Assembly (NCBI GenBank): GCA_963701075.1
Contig: OY969559.1
Location: 128,001-192,000 of the forward strand
Length of the DNA stretch: 64,000 bases
Origin: an uncultured Nitrososphaerota archaeon
Lineage (GTDB): Archaea; Thermoproteota; Nitrososphaeria; Nitrososphaerales; Nitrosopumilaceae
Direction: 5' to 3'
In this document: piece by piece, positions 40,635-49,445 of the stretch
Layout: every line of letters begins with the position of its first letter
Position numbering within the stretch: the first letter of the stretch is position 1
The notes under the pieces: generated by a model
What the model was told of the DNA's origin: nothing
The model's input: the letters and a program-made list of their open reading frames with translations, nothing else
The model's database searches: none
Position numbers and translations under genes: made by a program

Positions 40635-40868
40635 TCATCCAAGAAGCCTTGAAAAATCTTCCACGCTCATTCCAGCATCATCTATTATTCTGCTCAACGT
40701 GCCTTTCTTCAACTCTTTATGCAAGGGAACAGTAAGCTTGATTATTTTATCAGCATGAACTTTTTCTAATCTCACATGACTGCCTTTCTGTCTTATGACC
40801 CTAAAACCAGCCTTACTGAGTGCCTTTATGACATCCTTGCCAGAAGTTATAGGTAGTTTGGTGCTCAA
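40635..40868 (-). CDS. hicA: HicA toxin
   Basis: GFRVIRQKGSHVRL...VPLHKELKKGTL. Confidence 0.92.
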   Translation of the reverse strand: MSTKLPITSGKDVIKALSKAGFRVIRQKGSHVRLEKVHADKIIKLTVPLHKELKKGTLSRIIDDAGMSVEDFSRLLG

Positions 40869-41056
40869 ATAGCAACCTCAACAATCTCCTTTCCTTCTGC
40901 TTTCTCAGTATATTCTAGATAAAGCTCTATGGCTTCTCGTATGTTGTGAAGTGTTTCTTCTTTTGTTTCACCTTCACTTATACATCCCGGAAGTGATGGT
41001 ACGTATGCAGTATAACCTCCCTCTTCTTGTGACTCGAGAACTACCTTGATCTTCAA
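40865..41056 (-). CDS. hicB: HicB antitoxin (short)
   Basis: EGGYTAYVPSLPGCISEGET.EE...NIREAIELYLE. Confidence 0.92.
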   Translation of the reverse strand: MKIKVVLESQEEGGYTAYVPSLPGCISEGETKEETLHNIREAIELYLEYTEKAEGKEIVEVAI

Positions 41057-41145
41057 CTGTTATAATTTTGTCTAGGTGATAAATATTGGTTCTGTTTGAT
41101 ATGTCTTATTGCCCTCAACTGGCAAAGTTACTTGAAATCTGGTCT

Positions 41146-42021
41146 CTACTTTATCTCTTCTATAAACAGATCAAGGCCTTTTTCTATAGTCATTGGCTTT
41201 TCCTTGAGAAGCGATGCTGCTTTTGATATATCAAGTGACGAATCTTTTGGCCTCTTGGCAGTCCAGTTCATGTCTGCCATATTGGTTGGCCTCAATAGTT
41301 TTTTGTCAAGGCCTAGCTTGTCTGCAACCATCTCTGCCATGTCGTATCTTGAGATTCGTGTTGCCCCCGATACGTGAAGTATTCCCTGAATCTTTCTAGA
41401 AGATATCTCAATTAACATTCTTGACAGATTTGGCACATATGTTGGAGATGTGTACTGGTCAGTTATGATATCAAGTGGGGTTTTTGCCCTGAGATTTTCT
41501 GCAATAAATATTGGAAAACTCTTCTTCTTTGGATGTATTCCGTATGGCGTGCTAGTTCTTGCTATACACCACTTTGTTGCAATCTCTTTTACTGCACTCT
41601 CGCCTTCTAGCTTTGATCTTCCATAATGATCAATTGGCTCGGTATTGTCGGATTCTTTTTTCATCCCATTTTCTCCGTCAAAGACGTAATCTGTTGATAC
41701 GTATACAAGAAATGCCCCTAGCTTTGTTGCCTGCTCAGCTATGATTGCAGTTGACTTGGAATTAATCTTTGTAGCAAGATCTTTTTGTGTCTCGCACAGG
41801 TCAACATTTGTCATTGCAGCCAGATGAATTATCACATCGGGCTTGGTTGACTCTACAACCTTGATGATAGCGTCTTGGCTTGTCAGGTCAAGCTGCGTTG
41901 CAATTCCATCTTCTGGCTTTGAATTATTGTAACAGGAATAGACGTGTGTGTATGATTGTAGAAGGTCCTTTACGACCTGCCTTCCTACAAGACCTGCTGA
42001 ACCTGTTACTAGAAATTTCAT
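41146..42021 (-). CDS. rmlD: dTDP-4-dehydrorhamnose reductase
   Basis: TGSAGLVG, STDYVFDG, YGRSK, DQYTSPT, AKRP. Confidence 0.93.
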   Translation of the reverse strand: MKFLVTGSAGLVGRQVVKDLLQSYTHVYSCYNNSKPEDGIATQLDLTSQDAIIKVVESTKPDVIIHLAAMTNVDLCETQKDLATKINSKSTAIIAEQATKLGAFLVYVSTDYVFDGENGMKKESDNTEPIDHYGRSKLEGESAVKEIATKWCIARTSTPYGIHPKKKSFPIFIAENLRAKTPLDIITDQYTSPTYVPNLSRMLIEISSRKIQGILHVSGATRISRYDMAEMVADKLGLDKKLLRPTNMADMNWTAKRPKDSSLDISKAASLLKEKPMTIEKGLDLFIEEIK

Positions 42022-42123
42022 CTTCGATTCACTCCATACCATAATCAAAAAACATGTTTTATTTCTTGTCTACGAGTTGTTTTGATGTGTTATTTCTTGT
42101 GTTTTGTTTGAATGCTAATCTTA

Positions 42124-43403
42124 GGTTCTGTCAACTTGATGGCTCATGGCAGGCATTGTAAACTTCTTGAGATATATCACAATTACCTGCTCTTTTAAGA
42201 AGATCAAAGATATCAAAAGCCTACCGTGTTATCAGTCAAATGTGTAACACAGAACCATCGCTGTGCCGAGATTGTACCAGTGATGAAGGATTTCAGGTCT
42301 GTTGTAAACGATGCAATAAAGCTGGGTATCGAACATAACATTACTTCGAGATTTAAACTACGAAGCCTGGTCTATCCAAGGTTTAACAAGATGATGTATT
42401 CTGGATATGTCTATACCGCAATTTGGAAGGCTTGTGCCATGCTCAAAAACTATCGCAGAACAAAAAAGAAGAATGCTCATGCCAGGATACCTGTCATGAA
42501 AAGTCACATCCTTGTAATTGATAACCAGAGATACGAGATAATCCACAACCATCTCAAGTTTCCAGTCAGGCCTAGGCAGTTTGTATACATTCCTCTCAAT
42601 CACTACGTTTGTAAAATTTTACTGCAACCAGGTCTGAAACTTGGTGAGGTTACATTAACTGAAGAAAAACTCTTCATATCTTATACAAAAGTGATATCCA
42701 AAAAGGAGCCAAAGGGATACATTGGAATTGACATGAACCTTGAGAACGCAACTGGCACAGATGAAAGCGGCACCACTACAATAGTAGACACATCTGATAT
42801 TGTATCAATGAAAGCAAAATACAGAGATGTACTGTCGCACTTTACAAGAAATGATGCCAAGATACAAAAGAGACTCAAACAAAAATATGGCAAGAAACAA
42901 AAAAACAAAGAAGATACATTCCTGCACCAGAAATCAAAGGAGATTGTATCACAAGGCAGGCAGGTCATAATGGAGAATCTCACCGGAATAAGAAGATTGT
43001 ACAGAAAAGGAAATGGTCAGGGAAAAAGGTTTAGGTTCAGACTAAACTCGTGGTCAAGATTCAAGTTGCAAAAGATGATAGAGTACAAGTCAGTTGATTG
43101 TAACGGCCTTGAAGTGATTTACATAAAACCAAATGGGACTTCATCGAGGTGTGCGACATGTGGGTCAAAACTAGTACCCGAAGAGCACCGAATGATGAGA
43201 TGTCCCTCCTGTCGTGTTACCACAGACAGGGACAAAAATGCCAGCAAGAATATTCTGGCTAGAGGCTTGGCAATGCTGGAACAGAAAGAACCAGCACGGT
43301 TCGAGCCTGACGCAGTGCAAGGTGAAGCGATGAAGCAGTTCAAAGATGTGGAGCAGATTGCACCGAGTCTACTTGTTGGACGAGCCATCAAGTTGACAGA
43401 ACC
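42124..43403 (+). mobile_element. Non-autonomous TnpB element 2 with perfect 22-bp TIRs and target-site duplication
   Basis: GGTTCTGTCAACTTGATGGCTC at 42124-42145, inverted at 43382-43403. Flanks are TAATCTTA and TAATCTTG. Confidence 0.9.
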
Positions 43404-43416
43404 TAATCTTGTGTGA
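42226..43416 (+). CDS. tnpB: TnpB (Cas12f-like) RNA-guided nuclease
   Basis: GIDMN, IMENL, CATC..CPSC, DRDKNASKNI. Confidence 0.92.
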   Translation: MLSVKCVTQNHRCAEIVPVMKDFRSVVNDAIKLGIEHNITSRFKLRSLVYPRFNKMMYSGYVYTAIWKACAMLKNYRRTKKKNAHARIPVMKSHILVIDNQRYEIIHNHLKFPVRPRQFVYIPLNHYVCKILLQPGLKLGEVTLTEEKLFISYTKVISKKEPKGYIGIDMNLENATGTDESGTTTIVDTSDIVSMKAKYRDVLSHFTRNDAKIQKRLKQKYGKKQKNKEDTFLHQKSKEIVSQGRQVIMENLTGIRRLYRKGNGQGKRFRFRLNSWSRFKLQKMIEYKSVDCNGLEVIYIKPNGTSSRCATCGSKLVPEEHRMMRCPSCRVTTDRDKNASKNILARGLAMLEQKEPARFEPDAVQGEAMKQFKDVEQIAPSLLVGRAIKLTEPNLV

Positions 43417-43713
43417 CTCGTCAGCAATCTTTTGCGAGATGTAATCAACATTTTTTCGCATGCCCTGAACTACTGGACTGTCCATATTAATCGAGTAAAG
43501 CTTGGCGTTTGCGATCTTCCGGTTTACCCTAATCATTCCAAATTCAACGAGATTGTCAAAGTACTTGTAAAACGTAGTCTTGCTCATGCCTAGTGCCTCA
43601 ATTATCTCCTTTTGCATAAAGTCATTTTTTGGAAAGTCCATAAGATAAGACAGGATCTTCATCTGGGGCGAGCTGCCATAGGCCCTAAGAAGAAGGGGAG
43701 ATGATTCCGACAT
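43369..43713 (-). CDS. Winged-helix protein, 3' end interrupted by the TnpB element
   Basis: KILSYL...EIIEALGMSKTTFY...GMIRVNRKIANAKLYSIN. The original tail (KISIQTKHKK*) lies left of the element at ~42090-42122. Confidence 0.75.
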   Translation of the reverse strand: MSESSPLLLRAYGSSPQMKILSYLMDFPKNDFMQKEIIEALGMSKTTFYKYFDNLVEFGMIRVNRKIANAKLYSINMDSPVVQGMRKNVDYISQKIADESHKIRFCQLDGSSNK

Positions 43714-43777
43714 GGTTTTATCTTCCTCTAAAAAGTATTTAAATCATAACTTTAGAAGGTATCATAAGTGTACCTAG

Positions 43778-44059
43778 TTGAAGGCTACGTTTACTGATGA
43801 CCAGCTACGCGCCCAGATCCTATACTATCTATGGAACCAGGGAAGCTGGTCTGAAATCTATACAAATATTGACAAGATGGTAAGAAGATTGGGAAATGTT
43901 GTAAAGAACAACGGAAAGAATACAATGAAAAAGGTGGAAGACCTTGTCAAATGGAACTGGGTTTTACCGCGCAAAAATTGGGATACGGTTTCATTGAATC
44001 CAATATTCAAGTCTCAAATTAGCCAGTACATAGGGTTACACTTGATTGGACAATCATAA
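43778..44059 (+). CDS. Small hypothetical protein divergent from the winged-helix gene
   Basis: 93-aa ORF with an AT-rich promoter between the two genes. Confidence 0.6.
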   Translation: MKATFTDDQLRAQILYYLWNQGSWSEIYTNIDKMVRRLGNVVKNNGKNTMKKVEDLVKWNWVLPRKNWDTVSLNPIFKSQISQYIGLHLIGQS

Positions 44060-44073
44060 TGTCGTTTTTTGGT

Positions 44074-44119
44074 TGCCTTCCGACAAGTCCTGCAGAGCCT
44101 GTTACAAGAAATTTCATAT
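44074..44119 (-). pseudogene. rmlD 5' fragment, copy 1
   Basis: Encodes MKFLVTGSAGLVGRQ. 45/46 identical to 44925-44970. Confidence 0.85.
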
Positions 44120-44161
44120 TTGATTACCTGCCTTACCATTTAGAACCAGCGTATTGTATAC

Positions 44162-44494
44162 CTACAGTTTGATAGCCGCATCCCATCTCTTCTTTGCGGT
44201 CGGGCTTGCGTAAATCCATACTATCGAACCATCTTTGTCAAGCAATACCTTATTTGACTTTTCAAGATAACGCAAAATAACATTAAGAACTGGTGGCCTC
44301 ATGGTGACATCTAACTTCTTTACCAATTGTGCTTTAGAGTCAAACTCTTTGTACTCTGCAAGAAGCTGTTCGACTTTTAGAATATTTTTTAACGTAGGGT
44401 TATACTTTTGAATGCTTTTGTGCATGTCGTCTCTTGATTCCAAACCTGGATTGTGTTTTGCTACAAATACTGTCTTTGGTTTCATGGTATACAA
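44162..44494 (-). CDS. Putative winged-helix-like antitoxin
   Basis: PTLKNILKVE...LNVILRYLEKSNKV...IVWIY. Lies downstream of a RelE-like gene. Confidence 0.55.
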   Translation of the reverse strand: MYTMKPKTVFVAKHNPGLESRDDMHKSIQKYNPTLKNILKVEQLLAEYKEFDSKAQLVKKLDVTMRPPVLNVILRYLEKSNKVLLDKDGSIVWIYASPTAKKRWDAAIKL

Positions 44495-44536
44495 TGCATT
44501 GCATACTTCTTGTATATATGTACGTACATTTATGTA

Positions 44537-44857
44537 TCAATAGCCAAATCTCTTATTGTATTTTTCATGATCGAATAATTCCATTAAAAGGGCTTTTTTC
44601 TCATTGTGTATTGCAGTTATACCATAAATCAAACGCCAATGGCCGGGCAGGTCTACCTTGAAGACGGCATTAACATCGTGTCTTTTGAGATAGTGTTTTG
44701 GAATCTGTTCTCGTTTTAGGCGAACCCCGACTATTTTATCACTTTTCAAATTACTAATGATCTCTTTTACAACCTTGTACAACGCATCATCTTTGTCAAG
44801 TGCATCATAGACAGGCATAAAGTCATCAGGATCTCCTCCTACTTCCATTCCCATCAC
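44537..44857 (-). CDS. RelE-like putative toxin
   Basis: IPKHY...FKVDLPGHWRLIY...DHEKYNKRFGY. Confidence 0.65.
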   Translation of the reverse strand: MMGMEVGGDPDDFMPVYDALDKDDALYKVVKEIISNLKSDKIVGVRLKREQIPKHYLKRHDVNAVFKVDLPGHWRLIYGITAIHNEKKALLMELFDHEKYNKRFGY

Positions 44858-44908
44858 ATAACTTGACAGAGATTAAAACTTGATACTCAGCTGTTTAGAT
44901 CTTGTTTT

Positions 44909-44970
44909 GAGGTCTTGTATGACCTGCCTTCCGACAAGTCCCGCAGAGCCTGTTACAAGAAATTTCATAT
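44909..44970 (-). pseudogene. rmlD 5' fragment, copy 2
   Basis: Encodes MKFLVTGSAGLVGRQVIQDL and then diverges. Confidence 0.85.
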
Positions 44971-45026
44971 ATCATTTACACCAAAGGACTTGTTTTTAAA
45001 ATCAGATCATATACTTGCAACTTTTT

Positions 45027-45483
45027 TTACCTGAATATCTCATCTTTGTTCTTTATTATAGTATGTTCCTCTTTTTCTATGCTGTTAACAAGTTGCCTTG
45101 CCTCATTTCTTGTGACTACATCATCCTTGATTGCAAGCCTCAATATCCTTGGTAGCGAAAAATAATTCATGTTATCTCCCTTGCACAATCTATGCACTAT
45201 CTTTTCATTGCTTGCAAGTGGAATATTTCGGTTCTTTGCTATAACATAGCATTCTTTTTCTCCCTTGTCAAGCTTCACTGTATGCATACTTTAGATCCTT
45301 TAACTCACCGGTTGTTAATTGAACAAACTCAGGACCAAGCTTCTTGATCTCTATTTTTCCTTCCGCAAGTTCAACCTTTACTGATGGTGGTACAATAATA
45401 GCTTCAAAAAGTTTGTTTAATATATCAAGCCTCCCAATTCTTGCAAAAATGCTCAGCATGTCTGTATCGACAACAATCTTCAT
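45027..45483 (-). CDS. PIN-domain toxin (DUF3368-like), split by +1 indel at ~45275
   Basis: VVDTD..S.FARIGRLDIL...PPSV..EL / LDKGEKEC. Removing one base beside AGCT 45271-45274 gives 152 codons. Confidence 0.8.
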
Positions 45484-45486
45484 TCA

Positions 45487-45807
45487 TTACCTGCTCTTGA
45501 TCTTTTCAATCACACTGTCCATCTTTGACGCGCTTTCTGCTTCTATTACCCTCTTGATGCCGTACTCTTTTAGTTTCTCCTTGAATTCTATTATGCCAAC
45601 ATCTGCAATCTCGGCTGCCTTGCCAAGGGTGACCTCTCCCTTTTTGTATAGTCCCACTGCAGCTGCAAGTCTTAGGTTCTTTTTATTGCTGAACATGTAT
45701 CTGAGGGCGTCCTTGACAACATCGGACTTGCTTGAATAATACCCTGATTTGACCAGCTCGTCTATTTCCTTCTTGACTATTTCTGGCAGGTTGTAGCTTG
45801 AAGGCAT
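45487..45807 (-). CDS. RHH + UPF0175 antitoxin
   Basis: ELVKSGYYSSKSDVVKDALR and LYKKGEVTLGKAAEIA. Confidence 0.85.
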   Translation of the reverse strand: MPSSYNLPEIVKKEIDELVKSGYYSSKSDVVKDALRYMFSNKKNLRLAAAVGLYKKGEVTLGKAAEIADVGIIEFKEKLKEYGIKRVIEAESASKMDSVIEKIKSR

Positions 45808-45913
45808 ACAATGTATTGATAACTATTATCATAAATAACTATCGGTTCTTGTGATCCGGCTTGCGTCATCTGGATCTGCCTATATAACCCTCCCAGGAGT
45901 TAGCGTTCTCTTT

Positions 45914-46912
45914 TTACCAGTTTACAGTCCAGGGTTGGGGATGAAGTGTCTTTTCATCTGCAAGTGGCTCCCACCAAGACTTGTTGTTTTGATACCATGA
46001 TACGGTTTCCTGCAATGCTTGGTCAAACTGGTATCTAGGCTTCCATCCCGTTGCCTTCATTATTTTCGATGCATCAATGGAATACCTCTTGTCGTGTCCC
46101 GGCCTGTCGCCTACGTTTTCTATGATATCAAGTGGTTTTTTCATCTGGTTGAGTATTTTTTCAACTATGATTCTGTTTGTAATCTCGTTCCATGCTGTGA
46201 TGTTATAGACCTCGCCTGACTTGCCCTTTTCTATTAGCTCGTCAATTGCCTGTACATGGTCAAGAACATAGATCCAGCTTCTGATCTGGTTTCCTGAACC
46301 ATAGAGTGGAACTTTGAGGTTCTTGGAAGCTCGAATTATTGTCTTTGGGATTAGCTTCTCTGGAAATTGATTAGGTCCAAAGTTGTTGGTGCATCTTGTA
46401 GTGATGCATTTTATGCCGTATGTCCTATGGTAAGATTCCACTAGGAGATCAGCTGATGCCTTTGTGGCTGAATAGGGATTGCTTGGCTTGAGGATATCGT
46501 GCTCTGTAAATGATTCCTTGTTCTCTGCATCGCCGTAAATCTCGTCAGTTGATACATGTATGAACAGCTTGTCGTGTCTTCTTGCTGCCTCTAGGATGGA
46601 ATATGTTCCCAAGACATTTGTCTCTATGAATGGTTTTGGGTTTGATATGGAACGGTCAACGTGGGTCTCTGCTGCAAAGTTTACTATCACATCTGATTCC
46701 TTTGCAAGTTTGTTTATGTTATCTTGCGATCTGATGTCGTCTTTGATGAAAGAATAATTTGGATTCTTTTCTACCTCTTTTAGGTTTTCTAAATTGGAAC
46801 CAATTGTCAGGCTGTCAAGATTTACTATGGTATCTTTTGGATTATTTTTAAGGTGGTTTCTGATATGCGCACTTCCAATAAAGCCTGCCCCGCCACAAAC
46901 TAGAAGTTTCAC
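45914..46912 (-). CDS. rmlB: dTDP-glucose 4,6-dehydratase
   Basis: GGAGFIGS, AAETHVDRSI, STDEIYG, PYSATKA, DRPGHDKRY. Confidence 0.95.
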   Translation of the reverse strand: MKLLVCGGAGFIGSAHIRNHLKNNPKDTIVNLDSLTIGSNLENLKEVEKNPNYSFIKDDIRSQDNINKLAKESDVIVNFAAETHVDRSISNPKPFIETNVLGTYSILEAARRHDKLFIHVSTDEIYGDAENKESFTEHDILKPSNPYSATKASADLLVESYHRTYGIKCITTRCTNNFGPNQFPEKLIPKTIIRASKNLKVPLYGSGNQIRSWIYVLDHVQAIDELIEKGKSGEVYNITAWNEITNRIIVEKILNQMKKPLDIIENVGDRPGHDKRYSIDASKIMKATGWKPRYQFDQALQETVSWYQNNKSWWEPLADEKTLHPQPWTVNW

Positions 46913-47002
46913 ATCTTGGAGAATCCAATCTTATTATTTATTCTAATCTGGCGTTTTATCGGTATACGAAGTTGTTGCCTGTGTTTTTCAAGCTAGTTTG
47001 TA

Positions 47003-48411
47003 TTATTTTTCACTTGATTTTTTCATTTTATCAACGATATCATCATACTTCCTAAGTAATCTCCAAGTAAAACTTTGATGTATATCATCTAACGAGGATT
47101 GCAAGCTGGTGATTTGTAGATCTTTATCTGCAATAGCTTTGTTATAGTTCTCTAACGAGGATTGCAAGCTGGTGATTTGTAGATCTTTATCGGTAATAGC
47201 TTTGTTATAGTTCTCTAACGAGGATTGCAAGCTGGTGATTTGTAGATCTTTATCGGTAATAGACTTTGTTATAGTTCTCTAACGAGGATTGCAAGACTGG
47301 TGATTTGCAGATCTTTATCGGTAATAGCTTTGTTATAGTTCTCTAACGAGGATTGCAGACTGGTGATTTGCAGATCTTTATCGGTAATAGCTTTGTTATA
47401 GTTCTCTAACGAGGATTGCAAGCTGGTGATTTGCAGATAAAGATCTGCAATAGCTTTGTTATAATACATAAGTAGCCTCAGTAAACGTTCTAATGAGTCG
47501 TTTTGTGTGAATTGAATTACCTTTGTCGATAAAAACTCAGATTGCTCTGTGGAATTTGATAGATAGTATTTCTTAACATCATAACCTAATTTTATCATCA
47601 ATTCACCAGTTATCTTGATGATTTCTGAAATCTCCTCCTTTGAGAGGTATTCAGAATATTGATTTAGTGAAGATGTATGAATTGGTAATCTTGGATCAGT
47701 TTTTCCAATTGCGAGTCCCGTTTCATCTAATTCCGGATGAAGAAGTTTTTCATGTTTTAGAACCGCATCTTCCCAAGATACATCCAAGAAATTCAAAATG
47801 GTAGATATGGTAGGAATGGGTTTTGTAACGAGATTCTCGTAAAACACCAGAATTATCTGAGATGTCTTATTTGCATAATTGTAATATGATGATGTTTTTA
47901 TTTTCCAATATATTGCTCCTGCCACAGTTGCCTTAAATTTCGTGTTTTCAAGCAATCGAATCTCTTCGCGATAGATATTATCAAAGTCTGGAATAGTTTT
48001 TCTCCAAAAGTCGATAGTGCTTTCAGCCCATATTTCTAACCAAGATTTACTTCCCTGATCCAATTTTTTCATAGAAGCAATAGTATCCAGTGGATTTCTG
48101 ACCAAGAAGATCATAGGAATATTACTATAATGGTTCACCATTCCCAGAAAATCTGCTCCAGCATCTGCAATAAATGGTTCTAAGAATTGTTCTGTGATTC
48201 TGGGAGTTTTAAACCCCAACCACTTTTTTGCTTGATTAATCTTTAATTCTTTATTCAATAATTCAGTTTCTCTAAGAATAGAATAAGATCTTAATTCATC
48301 AACACATGAAATCATTGAGTGACTTTCCAAAACTAGTCGCATTAATGTAGTGCCACTTCTCTGACAGCCAATAATGAAAAATATTTTGGGAAGATTTTTT
48401 TCTATCAACAT
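47003..48411 (-). CDS. Sulfotransferase fused to tandem-repeat coiled coil (two +1 indels in the repeat)
   Basis: GCQRSGTT PAPS loop, RNPLD..AS, YENLV, six 21-aa repeats, tail QSFTWRLLRKY. Removing 2 bases gives 469 codons. Confidence 0.85.
47088..47463 (-). repeat. 6 x 63-bp coding tandem repeat (YNKAITDKDLQITSLQSSLEN)
   Basis: Units start at 47088, 47151, 47214, 47278, 47342 and 47405. Confidence 0.93.
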
Positions 48412-48568
48412 GCATAATTTTAATTTTATATAATATAAGTCAATTCTGTAAAGATAATGCTTGTATTTAAAATCGTGTTACTAAGAAATTTTGTGAAAAT
48501 TAATCGTAGAATTAATTGAATTTGGTTAGATGGGACATACCTGCGATTTATTTTAATCTAGAAATAAT

Positions 48569-49126
48569 TTATTCATAGACAAAATTGTTGTCTGCATTTT
48601 TTAAGGTAGGTAATTGCAGATCCTTTTTTATCATGATTGGCTTGTCTGTTGGCCACTTGATAGCTATGTCTTGATCGTTCCAGAGTATTCCTCTCTCATG
48701 CTCTGGAGAATATTCAGAGTTTACCTTGTAGAGTACGTCTGCTTTCTCACTTGTCACGCAAAATCCATGTGCAAAGCCCTCTGGGATATACAGTAGGTTA
48801 TGATTTTTGTCTGAAAGTATCTGGCTTACCCATCTTCCATATGTGGGCGAGCCTTTGCGGATATCAACTACAACATCAAATATTTCCCCTCTTGTTACCA
48901 TCACTAGCTTTGCCTGTGCTTTTGGATCCTTTTGATAATGCAGTCCTCGTATGACTCCTTTGACTGAATGGGAATAATTGTCTTGAACGAATTTTGTGTT
49001 TATTCCGTTTGCGCTGAAAATAGACTCTTTGAAGCTCTCCATGAAAAGGCCTCTCTCGTCTGAAAATGCTCTAGATTCCACAAGTATCACTTCAGGAATG
49101 CTTAGTTTTTTGAATCCAAATGGCAT
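48569..49126 (-). CDS. rmlC: dTDP-4-dehydrorhamnose 3,5-epimerase
   Basis: DERGLFME, QDNYS.S..GVIRGLHYQ, GFAHGF. Confidence 0.95.
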   Translation of the reverse strand: MPFGFKKLSIPEVILVESRAFSDERGLFMESFKESIFSANGINTKFVQDNYSHSVKGVIRGLHYQKDPKAQAKLVMVTRGEIFDVVVDIRKGSPTYGRWVSQILSDKNHNLLYIPEGFAHGFCVTSEKADVLYKVNSEYSPEHERGILWNDQDIAIKWPTDKPIMIKKDLQLPTLKNADNNFVYE

Positions 49127-49445
49127 AGCTAAAGCTAAAGAGATAAGATAATAGATTTTTCGCCAAAAATTGATCTGTTTAGGGCAATATCTTGGCTGTC
49201 TATCAATTTTTGGGTTGCCAGATTACAGGACATTGCACTGATTCCCTCTTTTACACTTTCAATTAGATTTTATGGTTTTGAAGATAATATGAGACTTTTC
49301 CCAGTAGACCTTCGTGTTCCAACTAGACCGGCAAAAACAAGGGAAGATCATTGTAACCATAAAAACATCCGCTAGACCATAGAGAACAAAGTTAGTCAAC
49401 AAAGTTACTGAATTCCTATATGTAAAAAAATCAATATGTATTATT

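Noticed and set aside
16561-43416. Type V-F CRISPR-Cas12f system
   Set aside because: No array or cas1/2/4 lies near either gene. The context is transposon-like, so they are called TnpB.
44851-44871. CCATCACATAACTTGACAGA resembling a right TIR
   Set aside because: The match needs a gap and lacks the terminal ACC. It is plausible by chance.
47088-47463. Phase variation by indels in the 63-bp repeat
   Set aside because: The indels are single-base AGCT-to-AGACT changes, not homopolymer or unit slippage, and are better explained as base-calling errors.
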